Positions 9,645 through 19,896 are shown, numbered from the stretch's first letter. The stretch is DNA of 64,000 bases from Oscillospiraceae bacterium (GCA_015068345.1 SVKS01000002.1:5569-69568), one strand, 5' to 3'. The notes: generated by a model from the sequence alone, not told the origin. A program made the numbers and translations.

Positions 9645-11000
9645 ATGCTTGCTCCTGCCGCCCAGTTTTTGGAAGCGCTGCCGCTTCCCGCCAATGCCCG
9701 TATTTTGGTGGGATTATCCGGTGGTGCCGACTCCTGCGCCTTGCTTCACTTTTTATCCGTTTTTTTCGGTCCAGACCGCCTGGTCGCCCTCCACGTAAAC
9801 CACGGCATCCGTGGAGAGGAAGCCCTACGGGATGAGGTCTTTGCAAAGAGCTTTGCCGAATCGCTGAACGTTTCCTTTTTTTGTCATCGGTCAGACGTTC
9901 CTTCTCTTGTAAACGCCACCGGTGACTCTCCGGAGGATGCCGCAAGAAAGGTTCGTTACAGGGCTCTTGAAGAGGTTGCCACAGCTCATAACTGTACCCA
10001 TGTAGCCCTGGCCCACCACGGGGATGATTTTGTCGAGACCTTCTTTCTCAATTTGGCCCGTGGCAGTGGCTCCCGTGGACTTTCCTCCATTCCCGCCATT
10101 CGTCCCCTGGGGAATGTGACCGTCATTCGCCCCTTTCTTGGGGTCAGCCGGAAGGAAATTGAGGAATACTGCACCTGTCATCATCTGGAATATGTCACCG
10201 ACAGCACCAACCTGTCGGATGATTATGCCCGGAACAAGCTTCGGCACCATGTGTTGCCTGTCATGCATGAGATCAGCCCCGCCTTCTCAAAAAAACTCCG
10301 GGAAGCCGCTGATTCTCTTTCGGAGGATGACCGTTACCTCACAAGCCTTGCCAAAAGGGAGTATTCTTCCCGTCTGGAGGGGGACACTCTTCTGGCGGCC
10401 GATCTTTTTTCGCTTCCGCCCCCTATTTCTTCCCGGATTTTGAAACTCTATCTTACCGATATGGGGCTTCCCTTCAACCGGGCTATCTATGTCTCTGTCA
10501 AAACCCTATTCGATCCGGGACACAGCCCTTCCGGTACTGTCACCCTTCCCGGTGGTCGTATCCTCACCCGTCGGTATGATCATCTGTTCCCCGGACAGGA
10601 GGCACTTCCCCCCCTTTCCCCGTTGGAGATCTCCCTGGAAAAGGATGGCACCCATCACCTAACCCCTGATCTTTCTCTCGTTGTCACCCATCGCCCCTTC
10701 CCGGGGCCCGCATTCTGTTCCCCAAGCACCATCTACATCCGTCCCCAAACCGGCACGGTCTTGGTTCGTCCCCGGCAAAGCGGTGACGAATGGATGGGTC
10801 CCAATGGTAAAAAGTCGTTAAAACGACTTTTTATAGATCGCAAAATCCCAAAAGCCGAAAGAGAGCGCATTCCGGTTTTGGAAACCGGAGGGAGGGTCAT
10901 ATGCGTCTATCTTCTCGGTCCATCCTTCCCTGAACGGGTGGATAACATTGGCCAGCCGGCCATCTGTCTTGATTTTGTAAAAACAATGGAGGATATCTGA
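9645..11000 (+). CDS. tilS: tRNA(Ile)-lysidine synthase
   Basis: PP-loop SGGADS near the N-terminus. tilS-hpt-ftsH synteny. Confidence 0.9.
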   Translation: MLAPAAQFLEALPLPANARILVGLSGGADSCALLHFLSVFFGPDRLVALHVNHGIRGEEALRDEVFAKSFAESLNVSFFCHRSDVPSLVNATGDSPEDAARKVRYRALEEVATAHNCTHVALAHHGDDFVETFFLNLARGSGSRGLSSIPAIRPLGNVTVIRPFLGVSRKEIEEYCTCHHLEYVTDSTNLSDDYARNKLRHHVLPVMHEISPAFSKKLREAADSLSEDDRYLTSLAKREYSSRLEGDTLLAADLFSLPPPISSRILKLYLTDMGLPFNRAIYVSVKTLFDPGHSPSGTVTLPGGRILTRRYDHLFPGQEALPPLSPLEISLEKDGTHHLTPDLSLVVTHRPFPGPAFCSPSTIYIRPQTGTVLVRPRQSGDEWMGPNGKKSLKRLFIDRKIPKAERERIPVLETGGRVICVYLLGPSFPERVDNIGQPAICLDFVKTMEDI

Positions 11001-11555
11001 ATGGAACATAAGATGCATCCCGATTGCCTGGAAATGGTCTACACCCAGGAACAACTTGCCGAACGCGTTGCCGAATTGGGCAAACAGCTCACCGCCGACT
11101 ACCGCGGCAAGGATCTGCTCGTCATTGGCCTTCTCAAGGGCTCCCTCATCTTCATGAGCGACCTGATCCGCGCCATGGACGTGGATATGGCCATCGACTT
11201 CATGGTGGTTTCTTCCTACGGCGATTCCACCACCAGCTCCGGCAATATCAAAATCAACCTGGATATCAAGCGTGACCTGAAGGGCAAGCACGTTCTCCTG
11301 GTGGAAGACATTTTGGATACCGGCACAACCCTCAGCTTCATCCGGGATCTGATCCGTCTGCGCCAGCCCGAATCGGTCAAGATCTGTACCCTTCTGGACA
11401 AAGACAAGGTCGTTGCCCGCAAGGTAGATATTCAGGCCGACTACGTTGGCTTCCCTGTGGATGACCGATTCATCATCGGTTACGGCTTGGACTATGCCCA
11501 AAAATACCGCAACCTGCCCTACATAGCGGTGCTCAAACCCGAAGCATACGCATAA
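11001..11555 (+). CDS. hpt: Hypoxanthine phosphoribosyltransferase
   Basis: 184 aa. PRPP-binding VLLVEDILDTGTTL motif. Start overlaps the tilS stop (TGAATG). Confidence 0.95.
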   Translation: MEHKMHPDCLEMVYTQEQLAERVAELGKQLTADYRGKDLLVIGLLKGSLIFMSDLIRAMDVDMAIDFMVVSSYGDSTTSSGNIKINLDIKRDLKGKHVLLVEDILDTGTTLSFIRDLIRLRQPESVKICTLLDKDKVVARKVDIQADYVGFPVDDRFIIGYGLDYAQKYRNLPYIAVLKPEAYA

Positions 11556-11582
11556 TGTCCCAACTATGAAAGGTGTGATACT

Positions 11583-13457
11583 TTGAAAAACAACCATAAA
11601 GGGTTACTCTTCTACATCGTTATCTTTGTTGCCCTGGTCGTAGTGCTCACCATGCTCTACGATTCGCAAATTCCCACCGCCGATGCCCTGACCTATAAGA
11701 AGGTCATGGAAGACTTCCGGGAAAATCGGGTGGATTCCTTCCTTTTGGATGATACCACTCTGAAATATACCGTGGTAGGCGAAGAAAAGATCCGAAACTA
11801 TGAAGTCGCCTATCCCTCCATGTTCTATACCGAATTCATGGAAATCCAGAAGGGTTTCGAGGAAGACGGTATAGAATCGGCCATTGTCGATTACGACTAT
11901 CGTCCCGCCGCCGACAACTGGTGGCTCTCCCTGATTCCCTACGCCATTATGATCATCCTGTTTGTGGTCATGTTCTTCTTCCTGATGAATCAATCGGGCG
12001 GCGGTTCCAAGACCATGAACTTTGGTAAAGCCAAAGCCAAGGTTGGCGTTGACATGAAGAGTAAGATCACCTTCAAGGACGTGGCCGGTGCGGACGAGGA
12101 GAAGGAAGAACTTTCCGAAATCGTCGACTTTCTCCGCTCCCCCAAAAAGTACGCTGACATCGGTGCCCGTGTTCCCAAGGGTGTGTTGCTGGTGGGTCCT
12201 CCGGGTACCGGTAAGACCTACATGGCAAAGGCGGTTGCCGGTGAAGCCGGCGTTCCCTTCCTGAGCATTTCGGGTTCCGACTTTGTGGAAATGTTCGTTG
12301 GTGTGGGTGCCAGCCGTGTACGTGACCTGTTTGACCAGGCCAAACGCAACGCCCCCGCCATCATCTTCATCGACGAAATCGACGCCGTGGGCCGCCAGAG
12401 AGGTGCCGGCCTGGGCGGCGGTCACGACGAACGTGAACAAACCCTGAACCAGCTCCTGGTGGAAATGGATGGCTTTGCCCAGAACGAGGGCGTCATCATC
12501 ATTGCCGCCACCAACCGTCCCGACATTCTCGACTCGGCGCTTCTGCGTCCGGGCCGTTTCGACCGCCAGATTTACATCGGCCTGCCGGATATCAAGGCCC
12601 GCGAAGAAATTCTGAAGGTCCATTCGGTCAAAAAGCCCCTGGCTCCTGAGGTCCAGCTGGAAGTGCTTGCCAAATCTACCGGCGGTTTCTCCCCGGCGGA
12701 CCTGGAAAACCTCCTGAACGAGGGTGCCCTGCTGGCGGCCCGCCGTCAAAGCAAGGTCATCACCATGGAAGACCTGTCAGAAGCTATGATCAAGGTCATT
12801 GCCGGCCCCGAAAAGAAGAGCCGCGTGATCTCCGACCGGGAAAAGAAGATCACCGCCTACCACGAGGCGGGTCACGCCGTGGCTTCCCACTTTTTAGAAA
12901 CCCACGACCCGGTTCACCAGATCTCCATCATCCAGCGCGGTCGGGCGGGTGGTTACACCCTGTCCCTTCCCACCGAGGATAAGCATTATTCCACCAAAAA
13001 GGAAATGCTGGACGAAATCGTATCCCTCCTGGGCGGCCGTGTGGCCGAAGCCCTGGTTCTGGGGGACATTTCCACCGGTGCCTCCAATGACATTTCCCGG
13101 GCCACCGATATTGCCCGCAAGATGATCACCAAGTACGGTATGAGCGAAAAGCTGGGACCCATTGTGTACGGTTCGGAGCATGACTCGGTCTTCCTGGGCC
13201 GTGACTTCACTAGCACCCCCAACTACTCGGATGCCGTTGCCGCCGAAATCGACCAGGAAATTCGTGCCGTCATCGACGAAGCCTACGCCCACTGCGAAGC
13301 CATCCTGAAGGAACACAGCGACAAATTGGAGGCCGTTTCCCTCTTCCTTCTGGAACACGAGAAGATGGAAGCCGACGAATTCCTGCGGGTTATGAATGGG
13401 GAAGAAGCCTCTCCCGTAGAATCCCCCGCCGACCCCGAAGCTCCTACGGAAGAATAA
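11583..13457 (+). CDS. ftsH: ATP-dependent zinc metalloprotease FtsH
   Basis: TTG start after AAAGGTG. Two TM segments, AAA+ Walker A GPPGTGKT, Walker B IIFIDEID, second region of homology, Zn site HEAGHA. Confidence 0.95.
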   Translation: MKNNHKGLLFYIVIFVALVVVLTMLYDSQIPTADALTYKKVMEDFRENRVDSFLLDDTTLKYTVVGEEKIRNYEVAYPSMFYTEFMEIQKGFEEDGIESAIVDYDYRPAADNWWLSLIPYAIMIILFVVMFFFLMNQSGGGSKTMNFGKAKAKVGVDMKSKITFKDVAGADEEKEELSEIVDFLRSPKKYADIGARVPKGVLLVGPPGTGKTYMAKAVAGEAGVPFLSISGSDFVEMFVGVGASRVRDLFDQAKRNAPAIIFIDEIDAVGRQRGAGLGGGHDEREQTLNQLLVEMDGFAQNEGVIIIAATNRPDILDSALLRPGRFDRQIYIGLPDIKAREEILKVHSVKKPLAPEVQLEVLAKSTGGFSPADLENLLNEGALLAARRQSKVITMEDLSEAMIKVIAGPEKKSRVISDREKKITAYHEAGHAVASHFLETHDPVHQISIIQRGRAGGYTLSLPTEDKHYSTKKEMLDEIVSLLGGRVAEALVLGDISTGASNDISRATDIARKMITKYGMSEKLGPIVYGSEHDSVFLGRDFTSTPNYSDAVAAEIDQEIRAVIDEAYAHCEAILKEHSDKLEAVSLFLLEHEKMEADEFLRVMNGEEASPVESPADPEAPTEE

Positions 13458-13473
13458 TATCAAATATATCAAT

Positions 13474-13520
13474 AAAACGGACATTTCCAATTTTGGTGAA
13501 TGTCCGTTTTATCGTTTTTC
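13474..13520 (+). terminator. Intrinsic terminator after ftsH
   Basis: AAAACGGACATT / AATGTCCGTTTT stem followed by a T-rich stretch. Confidence 0.7.
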
Positions 13521-13540
13521 GCCATTGCTCTTGATTGGGA

Positions 13541-13575
13541 CAAAAAAACGCCATGCACAGTCGTGCATGGCGTTG
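13541..13575 (-). terminator. Intrinsic terminator after rpsR
   Basis: AACGCCATGCAC / GTGCATGGCGTT stem. T-run on the minus strand (plus-strand AAAAAAA 13542..13548). Confidence 0.75.
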
Positions 13576-13584
13576 AACCCTTTT

Positions 13585-13824
13585 TTATTCCGGTACGTAC
13601 TGGAGGAGGGCGATCTGACGGGCGCGCTTGATGGCCTCGGTCAGCTGACGCTGATGCTTGGCGCAGGTGCCGGTCATACGACGGGGCAGGATCTTGCCTC
13701 TTTCAGAAGTGAATCTGCGAAGCTTGGCAGCATCCTTGAAATCAATGTAGGTAGCCTTTTCAGCGCAGAACTGGCAAACCTTCTTGCGCTTACGGGGAGC
13801 TGTATTTCTGGGAGCTTTCTCCAT
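13585..13824 (-). CDS. rpsR: 30S ribosomal protein S18
   Basis: 79 aa; ..[53 protein letters not shown]. Confidence 0.95.
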   Translation of the reverse strand: MEKAPRNTAPRKRKKVCQFCAEKATYIDFKDAAKLRRFTSERGKILPRRMTGTCAKHQRQLTEAIKRARQIALLQYVPE

Positions 13825-13860
13825 GATGGTTCTTCCTTTCTGTCAAATTAACCGGCCGAT

Positions 13861-14328
13861 TTAGAACGGCAGCTCATCGTCATCGCTGTATGCGTCGTAA
13901 GCGGAGGTCGCAGGCTTGGGCTGCTCCATACGGGGCGGCTCACTGGCAGCGGGCGCGCTGCGAGTATAGCTCTGGGACTGATACGACGATTCATATCCGG
14001 CATTGTCCTTCTTGCTGTCGGCAAAGAAGACTTCGTCCGCCACCACTTCGTAGGTGGTGCGGTTGTTACCCTGGTTATCCTGCCATTTACGGGACTGCAG
14101 ACGACCGCTGACGGCAATCATCTGGCCCTTGCGGAAATAACGGGTGACGAACTCAGCAGTGCTTCTCCAGGCAACGATGTCGAAGAAGTCGGCCTGCTTT
14201 TCCTCTCCGGCTCTTGCATAGCCGCGATCTACGGCAATGGAGAAAGAGGTAACGGAGATGTTGGTCTGCGTGTGCTTTAACTCGGGGTCTCTGGTGAGTC
14301 TACCCATCAAAATAACTTTGTTGAGCAT
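13861..14328 (-). CDS. ssb: Single-stranded DNA-binding protein
   Basis: MLNKVILMGRLTRDPEL OB-fold N-terminus and acidic C-terminal tip DDDELPF. rpsF-ssb-rpsR synteny. Confidence 0.95.
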   Translation of the reverse strand: MLNKVILMGRLTRDPELKHTQTNISVTSFSIAVDRGYARAGEEKQADFFDIVAWRSTAEFVTRYFRKGQMIAVSGRLQSRKWQDNQGNNRTTYEVVADEVFFADSKKDNAGYESSYQSQSYTRSAPAASEPPRMEQPKPATSAYDAYSDDDELPF

Positions 14329-14349
14329 TCTACTTTCTCTCTTTCCGAA

Positions 14350-14643
14350 TTACTTTTCGTCGCGATTCACGATGATGCCACGCACAACGCTGTCGGTAAT
14401 GTTGTAAACACGATCCAGCTCAGCGGGGAAATCATGCGGAGCTTCAAAGGTCATGAGTACGTAGTAACCTTCATTCATGTGGTTGATCTCGTAGGCGAGA
14501 CGGCGCTTACCCCACTCGTCAATACCGGTGAGAACACCATTAGCCTCCACCAAAGCCTTGAACTTTTCGACGGTAGCGGCGATCGCTTCTTCGTCCAGGT
14601 TAGCGTTGATGATGTACAGGGATTCGTACTTGCTGTTAGCCAT
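14350..14643 (-). CDS. rpsF: 30S ribosomal protein S6
   Basis: ORF 14350..14652. ATG at 14643 (MANSKYESLYI..) sits 6 nt after GGAGGTG. Confidence 0.95.
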   Translation of the reverse strand: MANSKYESLYIINANLDEEAIAATVEKFKALVEANGVLTGIDEWGKRRLAYEINHMNEGYYVLMTFEAPHDFPAELDRVYNITDSVVRGIIVNRDEK

Positions 14644-14744
14644 GTATTGCACCTCCTTCTGGTCAATAGCCTTTGCACTGTTTTAGTGCTACAAAGGCAA
14701 GGATTTTGATTGATTGGCCCGTGGCTACGAACCAACAATTTACT

Positions 14745-14772
14745 ATTATACACCAAATTTTAAATTTGTCAA
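14745..14772 (-). promoter_or_regulatory. Putative sigma-A promoter of rpsF-ssb-rpsR
   Basis: Minus strand TTGACA (14772..14767), 16-nt spacer, TATAAT (14750..14745). This leaves a leader of about 95 nt. Confidence 0.5.
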
Positions 14773-14920
14773 CCAGTATTCCTTATTTTTCTTTTCATTC
14801 CTTCACTTTTTTGCACTTTCACCCAATTCTTCCACATTTTTTCCTCCTGCATCTTGCAAATTGCTTCGGTTTTTGATACCATAAGAGCATACAGAATCCG
14901 GAAAGGAATTGATTTTGATT

Positions 14921-15748
14921 ATGAAAGCATCCCTTTGGCCCACCGGCTGCTCCCTCAGTTTTGATGCAGGCCGTATCCCCGACGAAAAACGTCTTTCGGA
15001 AGCCCTTCTGAAGGACTACGTTCAAAACGGTGTCACCTACATGGAGGTTTCCCTTACCGAAGAAACCATTGCCAAAACATACTTCATGAAAAATCCCGAG
15101 CTTTATGGGGAATATTGTATTCGTGCCGGTGCAACCCCCTGGTCTTTCCATCTGCCCTTCTCCCAGGAGCTGGACATTTCCCGCACCGACTATAAGGCCA
15201 AGGAAACCGTAGAACTCCAGAAGAAATACATTCTCCTTGCTGCCCGGGCGGGCATCAAGGTCATCGTCATTCATCCCTCCTCCGAGCCCATCGGTGACGC
15301 TTACCGCCATGAACGGATGAAAAATTCCCGCAGCGCTCTCCGGGAACTGGCAGACTATGCCGAATCCTACGGAACCCACCTGGCTGTGGAAAATCTGCCC
15401 CGTACCTGTCTGGGCCGCAGCAGTGATGATATGCTGGAGCTTTTGGAAAAGAATCCCAAGCTTTCGGTTTGCTTTGATACCAACCACCTTCTTGGAGAAC
15501 CCACCGCCAATGCCGACTTTGTCCGGGCCATCGGCAACCGCATCGTTACCCTGCACGTTTCGGACTACGACTTCGTGGACGAACGCCATCTTCTTCCCCT
15601 GAAGGGCGAAAACCGCTGGAAGGACATTCTCACCGCCCTGGAAGAGGTGGGCTATTGCGGTCCCTTCCTCTACGAAGTCAGCGGCAAGGACGAAACCCTC
15701 ACCCACGCCTCCTTCCGCGAAAATCACATGGCTCTGGCCGCTCTGTAA
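14921..15748 (+). CDS. Sugar phosphate isomerase/epimerase (xylose isomerase-like TIM barrel)
   Basis: ORF 14909..15748. ATG at 14921. Pattern VIVIHP.., LAVENLP.., CFDTNHL.., LHVSDYD is typical of AP-endonuclease-2/xylose-isomerase-like barrels. Confidence 0.7.
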   Translation: MKASLWPTGCSLSFDAGRIPDEKRLSEALLKDYVQNGVTYMEVSLTEETIAKTYFMKNPELYGEYCIRAGATPWSFHLPFSQELDISRTDYKAKETVELQKKYILLAARAGIKVIVIHPSSEPIGDAYRHERMKNSRSALRELADYAESYGTHLAVENLPRTCLGRSSDDMLELLEKNPKLSVCFDTNHLLGEPTANADFVRAIGNRIVTLHVSDYDFVDERHLLPLKGENRWKDILTALEEVGYCGPFLYEVSGKDETLTHASFRENHMALAAL

Positions 15749-15775
15749 ATTTTTCCTTTTGAAAGGAGTCAAAAT

Positions 15776-16771
15776 ATGTTAGTAAACGGAACCAAATGGC
15801 TTGATACCGATGGCAATCCCATCCACGCCCACGGCGGCCACATGCTGCAGTATGATGGCTACTGGTATTGGTACGGCGAGGATCGCCGGGACAATATCTA
15901 CGTCAGCGTCTATCGCTCCAAGGACCTGACCAACTGGGAATTCCGCAACCACGTTCTCACCACAGAATCCAAAACCGAACCCATCCGGGTCCGCACCGAC
16001 CTGAAACTCAAGAACGAGGACGAGGAAACCCCGGTGGCTGCCGGTGCCGACAATGCCGATTCCACCAAACGCAGACGCTACAAGATCAATCTGGAACGTC
16101 CTAAGGTACTCTACAACAAGAAGCTCAACAAGTTTGTCATGTGGGCCCACTACGAAAACGGCCGCAACTACCTCTGCGCCGGTTGTGCCATCGCCACCTG
16201 CGACACCCCCGATGGGGATTTCGTCTACCACGGCAGCTTCAATCCCTTCGGCTACATGTCCAGAGACTGTACCCTCTATCAGGATGATGATGGCACCGCT
16301 TACTTCCTCTCCGCCTCCCGTGACAACGCCGATATGCACGTCTACCGCCTCACCGAGGATTACCTCAACGTAGAAGAACTGGTTGCCAAGCTGTGGCAGG
16401 GCGAATACCGGGAAGCTCCCGCCGTTATGCGCCGGGAAGATGGTAAATACTTCATTTACTCCTCCTTCTGCACCGGTTGGGCTCCCAACCAGGGCAAGTA
16501 CGCCTGGTCGAATGGTATCAATTCCCGCTTCACCATGCTGGAAGACTTCGGTGACGATACCACCTTCCACTCCCAGCCCGCCTTCATCCTGCCCCTGGAT
16601 ACCGAGAAGGGCAAGCAGTATATCTACGTGGGCGACCGCTGGAGCGGACGGGAATACTTCTCCTCCTCCTACATTTTCCTGCTTATCAAGTTCGACGAAA
16701 AGGGCATGCCCTACATTACCTGGAACGAAAACTTTGAGCTGGATCCCGTCAAGGGCTACACCGAACTCTAA
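15776..16771 (+). CDS. Glycoside hydrolase, GH43-like five-bladed propeller (family assignment tentative)
   Basis: 331 aa. N-terminal W.D.DGNPIHAHGG...YYWYGED pattern and repeated DG.YF/YL blades, recalled from GH43-type enzymes. No signal peptide. Confidence 0.55.
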   Translation: MLVNGTKWLDTDGNPIHAHGGHMLQYDGYWYWYGEDRRDNIYVSVYRSKDLTNWEFRNHVLTTESKTEPIRVRTDLKLKNEDEETPVAAGADNADSTKRRRYKINLERPKVLYNKKLNKFVMWAHYENGRNYLCAGCAIATCDTPDGDFVYHGSFNPFGYMSRDCTLYQDDDGTAYFLSASRDNADMHVYRLTEDYLNVEELVAKLWQGEYREAPAVMRREDGKYFIYSSFCTGWAPNQGKYAWSNGINSRFTMLEDFGDDTTFHSQPAFILPLDTEKGKQYIYVGDRWSGREYFSSSYIFLLIKFDEKGMPYITWNENFELDPVKGYTEL

Positions 16772-16777
16772 GGCATC

Positions 16778-17206
16778 ATGAAAATCCTGGTCAGCCGCTG
16801 TCTGCTTGGTTACCCATGCCGATATGACGGAGCATCCAAACCCAATCCCGCCATTCTGGCCCTTTCGGAAAAACACACCCTGATCCCTGTTTGCCCCGAA
16901 TGCGATGGGGGACTTCCTACTCCTCGTGTTCCCGCCGAACGGTGCGGGGAGCGGGTCACAAACCAAAATGGGGTGGACGTTACCCGGGAATACACCCTGG
17001 GAGCCAAGAACGCTCTGGAAACCGCCCGCCGGGAAGGGGTGGCGCTTGCCATTTTGAAAGCCAGGAGCCCCTCCTGCGGTCACGGGGAGATCTACGACGG
17101 AAGCTTTTCCCATACCCTCATCCCCGGGGATGGGGTCACCGCCGAATTGCTTCTCAAGAGCGGCATCCCGGTCTACACTGAGGAAACTCTGCCCGAAACC
17201 CTTTAG
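16778..17206 (+). CDS. DUF523 family protein (TudS-like 2-thiouracil desulfurase family)
   Basis: 142 aa. ILVSRCLLGYPCRYDG, CPE..GGLPTPR and SPSCG Cys motifs are characteristic of DUF523. Confidence 0.7.
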   Translation: MKILVSRCLLGYPCRYDGASKPNPAILALSEKHTLIPVCPECDGGLPTPRVPAERCGERVTNQNGVDVTREYTLGAKNALETARREGVALAILKARSPSCGHGEIYDGSFSHTLIPGDGVTAELLLKSGIPVYTEETLPETL

Positions 17207-17210
17207 CCAT

Positions 17211-17254
17211 AAAAGCTCCCTTGTCACTAAGGGAGCTTTTATTCTTGCTTTTTT
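17211..17254 (+). terminator. Intrinsic terminator after DUF523 gene
   Basis: AAAAGCTCCCTT / AAGGGAGCTTTT stem, then a T-rich tract. Confidence 0.7.
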
Positions 17255-17339
17255 CCTTCCGCTGTGCTATACTGAACCTGTGAATGGGGAGGGCACCCAT
17301 AACAAAAAACGGCTTCACGCATGATATACGACAAGGGGG

Positions 17340-17903
17340 ATGACACCCATCGAAAAAAACATCATTGTTGTAGACGAAAATGGAAATCAACTGGAAGCGA
17401 CCTACCCAAAACGGGCAAAAGGTCTTGTCAAATGCGGTCGGGCACGCTTCATCAACGAAACCACCATTTGTCTTACGTGTCCGCCGCCGCCAAAAACGGA
17501 GGAACACACCATGTCAGAACATATTATTGAACCCACCCTGCAATCTGAAACCCTCGAACTCACCGACGAGTACATCCTTTCCCAGATCGAGCGGATCGCC
17601 GCCGACCGGGCTTACCTGGAGGAAGCTCTTGTTTCCCTGAATGCCATTCAAACCGGCGGCCCCGGAGATGTAGGCGCCGCGGGTAAGGCAGAAGGCATCA
17701 GCCGGGTAGTGAAGGCCCATCAGGAAACCAATCGGCGCCTGCTGGACTTTTACGAATCTCTCTGGCGGGATCGGCATCCCCGCCCCGCCACCGAACGGGA
17801 AAAGCTTCTTGCTACTCTGGTGGAACAGCTTTCCAACCCCGCCGTTTCGGACTGCACCAAGGATTCCATTATGGATCTGCTGGCCGACGCATTGAAAGGC
17901 TAA
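17340..17903 (+). CDS. Hypothetical protein; N-terminal ~45 aa resembles an RRXRR/PLMP-type domain, then a Pro-rich linker and a helical C-terminal region
   Basis: AAGGGGG RBS. IIVVDENGNQLEATYPKRAKGLVKCGRARFINETTICL resembles the V.D..G.PLMP..P.RAR.LL..G.A......I.L pattern found N-terminal to HNH/IscB proteins. No nuclease motif follows. Confidence 0.5.
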   Translation: MTPIEKNIIVVDENGNQLEATYPKRAKGLVKCGRARFINETTICLTCPPPPKTEEHTMSEHIIEPTLQSETLELTDEYILSQIERIAADRAYLEEALVSLNAIQTGGPGDVGAAGKAEGISRVVKAHQETNRRLLDFYESLWRDRHPRPATEREKLLATLVEQLSNPAVSDCTKDSIMDLLADALKG

Positions 17904-17969
17904 ATACCAAAACCGGTGCAGCCATCTGCTGCACCGGTTTCTAATTCTTCTTCGATAGGAGATTTCTTT

Positions 17970-18434
17970 ATGGTTTTGCTTCCCTTTACCTCTGAAGAAC
18001 AAAATAAACTGCTTACCGCCCTCATTGCTCTTTCCCGGGCCACCGAGGGAAACGAGCATCTCCTGACCGAATCCACCGACCGGGCTTTAGCAGAAGGGGT
18101 ACTTGCCCTGGCAGAAGGAGACCCCCTTTTCACTATTCAACAGGTGGAGGCCGAACGGGCCCGGATCGTGCCCGACTGCTTCCGTTGTGCCGCCCCCTGT
18201 GAAAAAAACATCCCCTACGACGTGCAAAATCTCCTTACCAACCCGGATGGGGTTCTGGGAAAAAAAGCAGAACTTCTTTTGGCTCTTCAAACCCTTTTCA
18301 AAACCAAGCCGAAAGCCACCCTTGCAGGGGAATACCGCTTTCTTTTCTGCCAGGCCCTGTTCTCCCTTGGCCGGGATGATTGGGAGGAAGCCTTCTACCA
18401 GGCCATCCTTTCGGACGTGAATGCCGCTCTATGA
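17970..18434 (+). CDS. Hypothetical protein with C-x2-C-x3-C motif
   Basis: ORF 17916..18434. ATG at 17970 follows TAGGAG. Helical, with a PDCFRCAAPCEKN cysteine cluster. No family recognised. Confidence 0.5.
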   Translation: MVLLPFTSEEQNKLLTALIALSRATEGNEHLLTESTDRALAEGVLALAEGDPLFTIQQVEAERARIVPDCFRCAAPCEKNIPYDVQNLLTNPDGVLGKKAELLLALQTLFKTKPKATLAGEYRFLFCQALFSLGRDDWEEAFYQAILSDVNAAL

Positions 18435-18470
18435 AAAAATCCGATGTGAAGTTCTCACATCGGATTTTTG
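18434..18470. terminator. Bidirectional terminator between convergent genes
   Basis: AAAAATCCGATGTGA / TCACATCGGATTTTT, a perfect stem flanked by A-run and T-run. Confidence 0.8.
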
Positions 18471-18477
18471 ATTTATT

Positions 18478-19896
18478 TTATTCGGCCATGGCTTCCTGTT
18501 GCTTCACGTCCCGCTTGATGATTGCCTTTTCCTTCCATTTACCGGCCTTGTACCAGATACCGGAGATCACAGCGCCCATCACCCAGCTGCAAAGCAGGGA
18601 TACGAACAGGGAAATGGGGTTACCGTTGGGATATTCGGCAGACTTGGTCATTTCCGCAAGCAGGTATGCCAGCGGAGTGCGGATGACAACGGTGGTCAGG
18701 AAGGAGATCCACATGGCGGGCATGGTGTCGCCGGCACCACGCATGATACCTACGAACACCTGGTAAAGGCCCATTGCAATGTAGCCTGCCGCCAGGATGC
18801 GGATTTGGGTGGTGCCCAAGTCAATGATGGTGGGGTTGGTGGTGAAAAGCTGGAGCATATAAGGGCTCAGGAACAGGAGAATCAGTACCAGGGTTACCGA
18901 AGCAATCATGGTGATCTTCATGCAAGCCCGGCTTCCCTTTTTCACCCGGTCAAAGTCCCCGGCACCCACGTTTTGCCCCACGTAAGTGGAAATGGCCATA
19001 CCAAACGTGAAGTTGGGGAGCATAGCAAAGCCGTCGATACGCATGACCGCGGTGGTGGTGGTTACAATGATGTAGCCCATGCTGTTGGTCAGCGACTGGA
19101 CAAATACCATAGCCAGCGACATGATAGCCTGGCTGATACCGGCAGGAAGCCCCAGCTTCATAACGCCCAAGGCATACTTTTTGGTGGGCTTGAAGGCGGA
19201 AGCAGAAAGCATCAGCTCTTGACGCATCCTTACAAGCTTCCAAATCAGAATTATCGCCGAAATCGCCTGGGAAATAATGGTCGCCCACGCGGCACCTGCA
19301 ACACCCATGTCAAGACCGGCCACAAACCACAGGTCCAGCACGGTATTCATGCCAGCGGTCAGAAGCAGGATCAAAAGAGGGAACACCGAAATACCAAGAC
19401 CACGCAAAATACCCGACACGATGTTATAAAGGGCGGAACCCAGAGCACCAATCATGCTGATGTTCAGGTAATCCAGGGCCATATCAAAGGTTTCCACCGG
19501 GGTATTGGTCATTTCCAGGAAGGTTTTGGAGAAGCTGAGCCCCACCGCCATGATGCCAAGGGTGGCAATCACGATCAAGGTAATGGAGTTGCCAATGGTT
19601 TTGGATAGGTCTTCCTTGGCCTTGGCCCCAAAGTATTGTGCTACCATGATTCCCGATCCGGTGGCAATGGCCATGAAGAGCACCAGAAGCAGGTTGATGA
19701 TGGGCAGGGTGGTTCCGATGGCCGACAGAGCGGCATCACCTACGTATTGCCCTACGATCACCGAGTCCACGGTGCTGTAAAGCTGTTGGGCCAAGTTACC
19801 GATCAGAAGGGGTATGGAGAAGAGCAGAAGACCCTTGGTGGGACTGCCCTTGGTCATATCCTGGGGCTTAAACAATTCTTTGAACTTTTCAAACAT
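18478..19896 (-). CDS. MATE family efflux transporter
   Basis: ORF 18478..19977. ATG at 19896 (MFEKFKELF..). About 12 TM segments. N-terminal LLLFSIPLLIGNLAQQLYSTVDSVIVGQYVG is typical of MATE/NorM proteins. Confidence 0.85.
   Translation of the reverse strand: MFEKFKELFKPQDMTKGSPTKGLLLFSIPLLIGNLAQQLYSTVDSVIVGQYVGDAALSAIGTTLPIINLLLVLFMAIATGSGIMVAQYFGAKAKEDLSKTIGNSITLIVIATLGIMAVGLSFSKTFLEMTNTPVETFDMALDYLNISMIGALGSALYNIVSGILRGLGISVFPLLILLLTAGMNTVLDLWFVAGLDMGVAGAAWATIISQAISAIILIWKLVRMRQELMLSASAFKPTKKYALGVMKLGLPAGISQAIMSLAMVFVQSLTNSMGYIIVTTTTAVMRIDGFAMLPNFTFGMAISTYVGQNVGAGDFDRVKKGSRACMKITMIASVTLVLILLFLSPYMLQLFTTNPTIIDLGTTQIRILAAGYIAMGLYQVFVGIMRGAGDTMPAMWISFLTTVVIRTPLAYLLAEMTKSAEYPNGNPISLFVSLLCSWVMGAVISGIWYKAGKWKEKAIIKRDVKQQEAMAE

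Noticed and set aside
17207-17339. A possible riboswitch or leader upstream of the RRXRR-like gene.
   Set aside because: The region contains only the preceding gene's terminator and a plausible -10 element. No conserved aptamer-like sequence was recognised.
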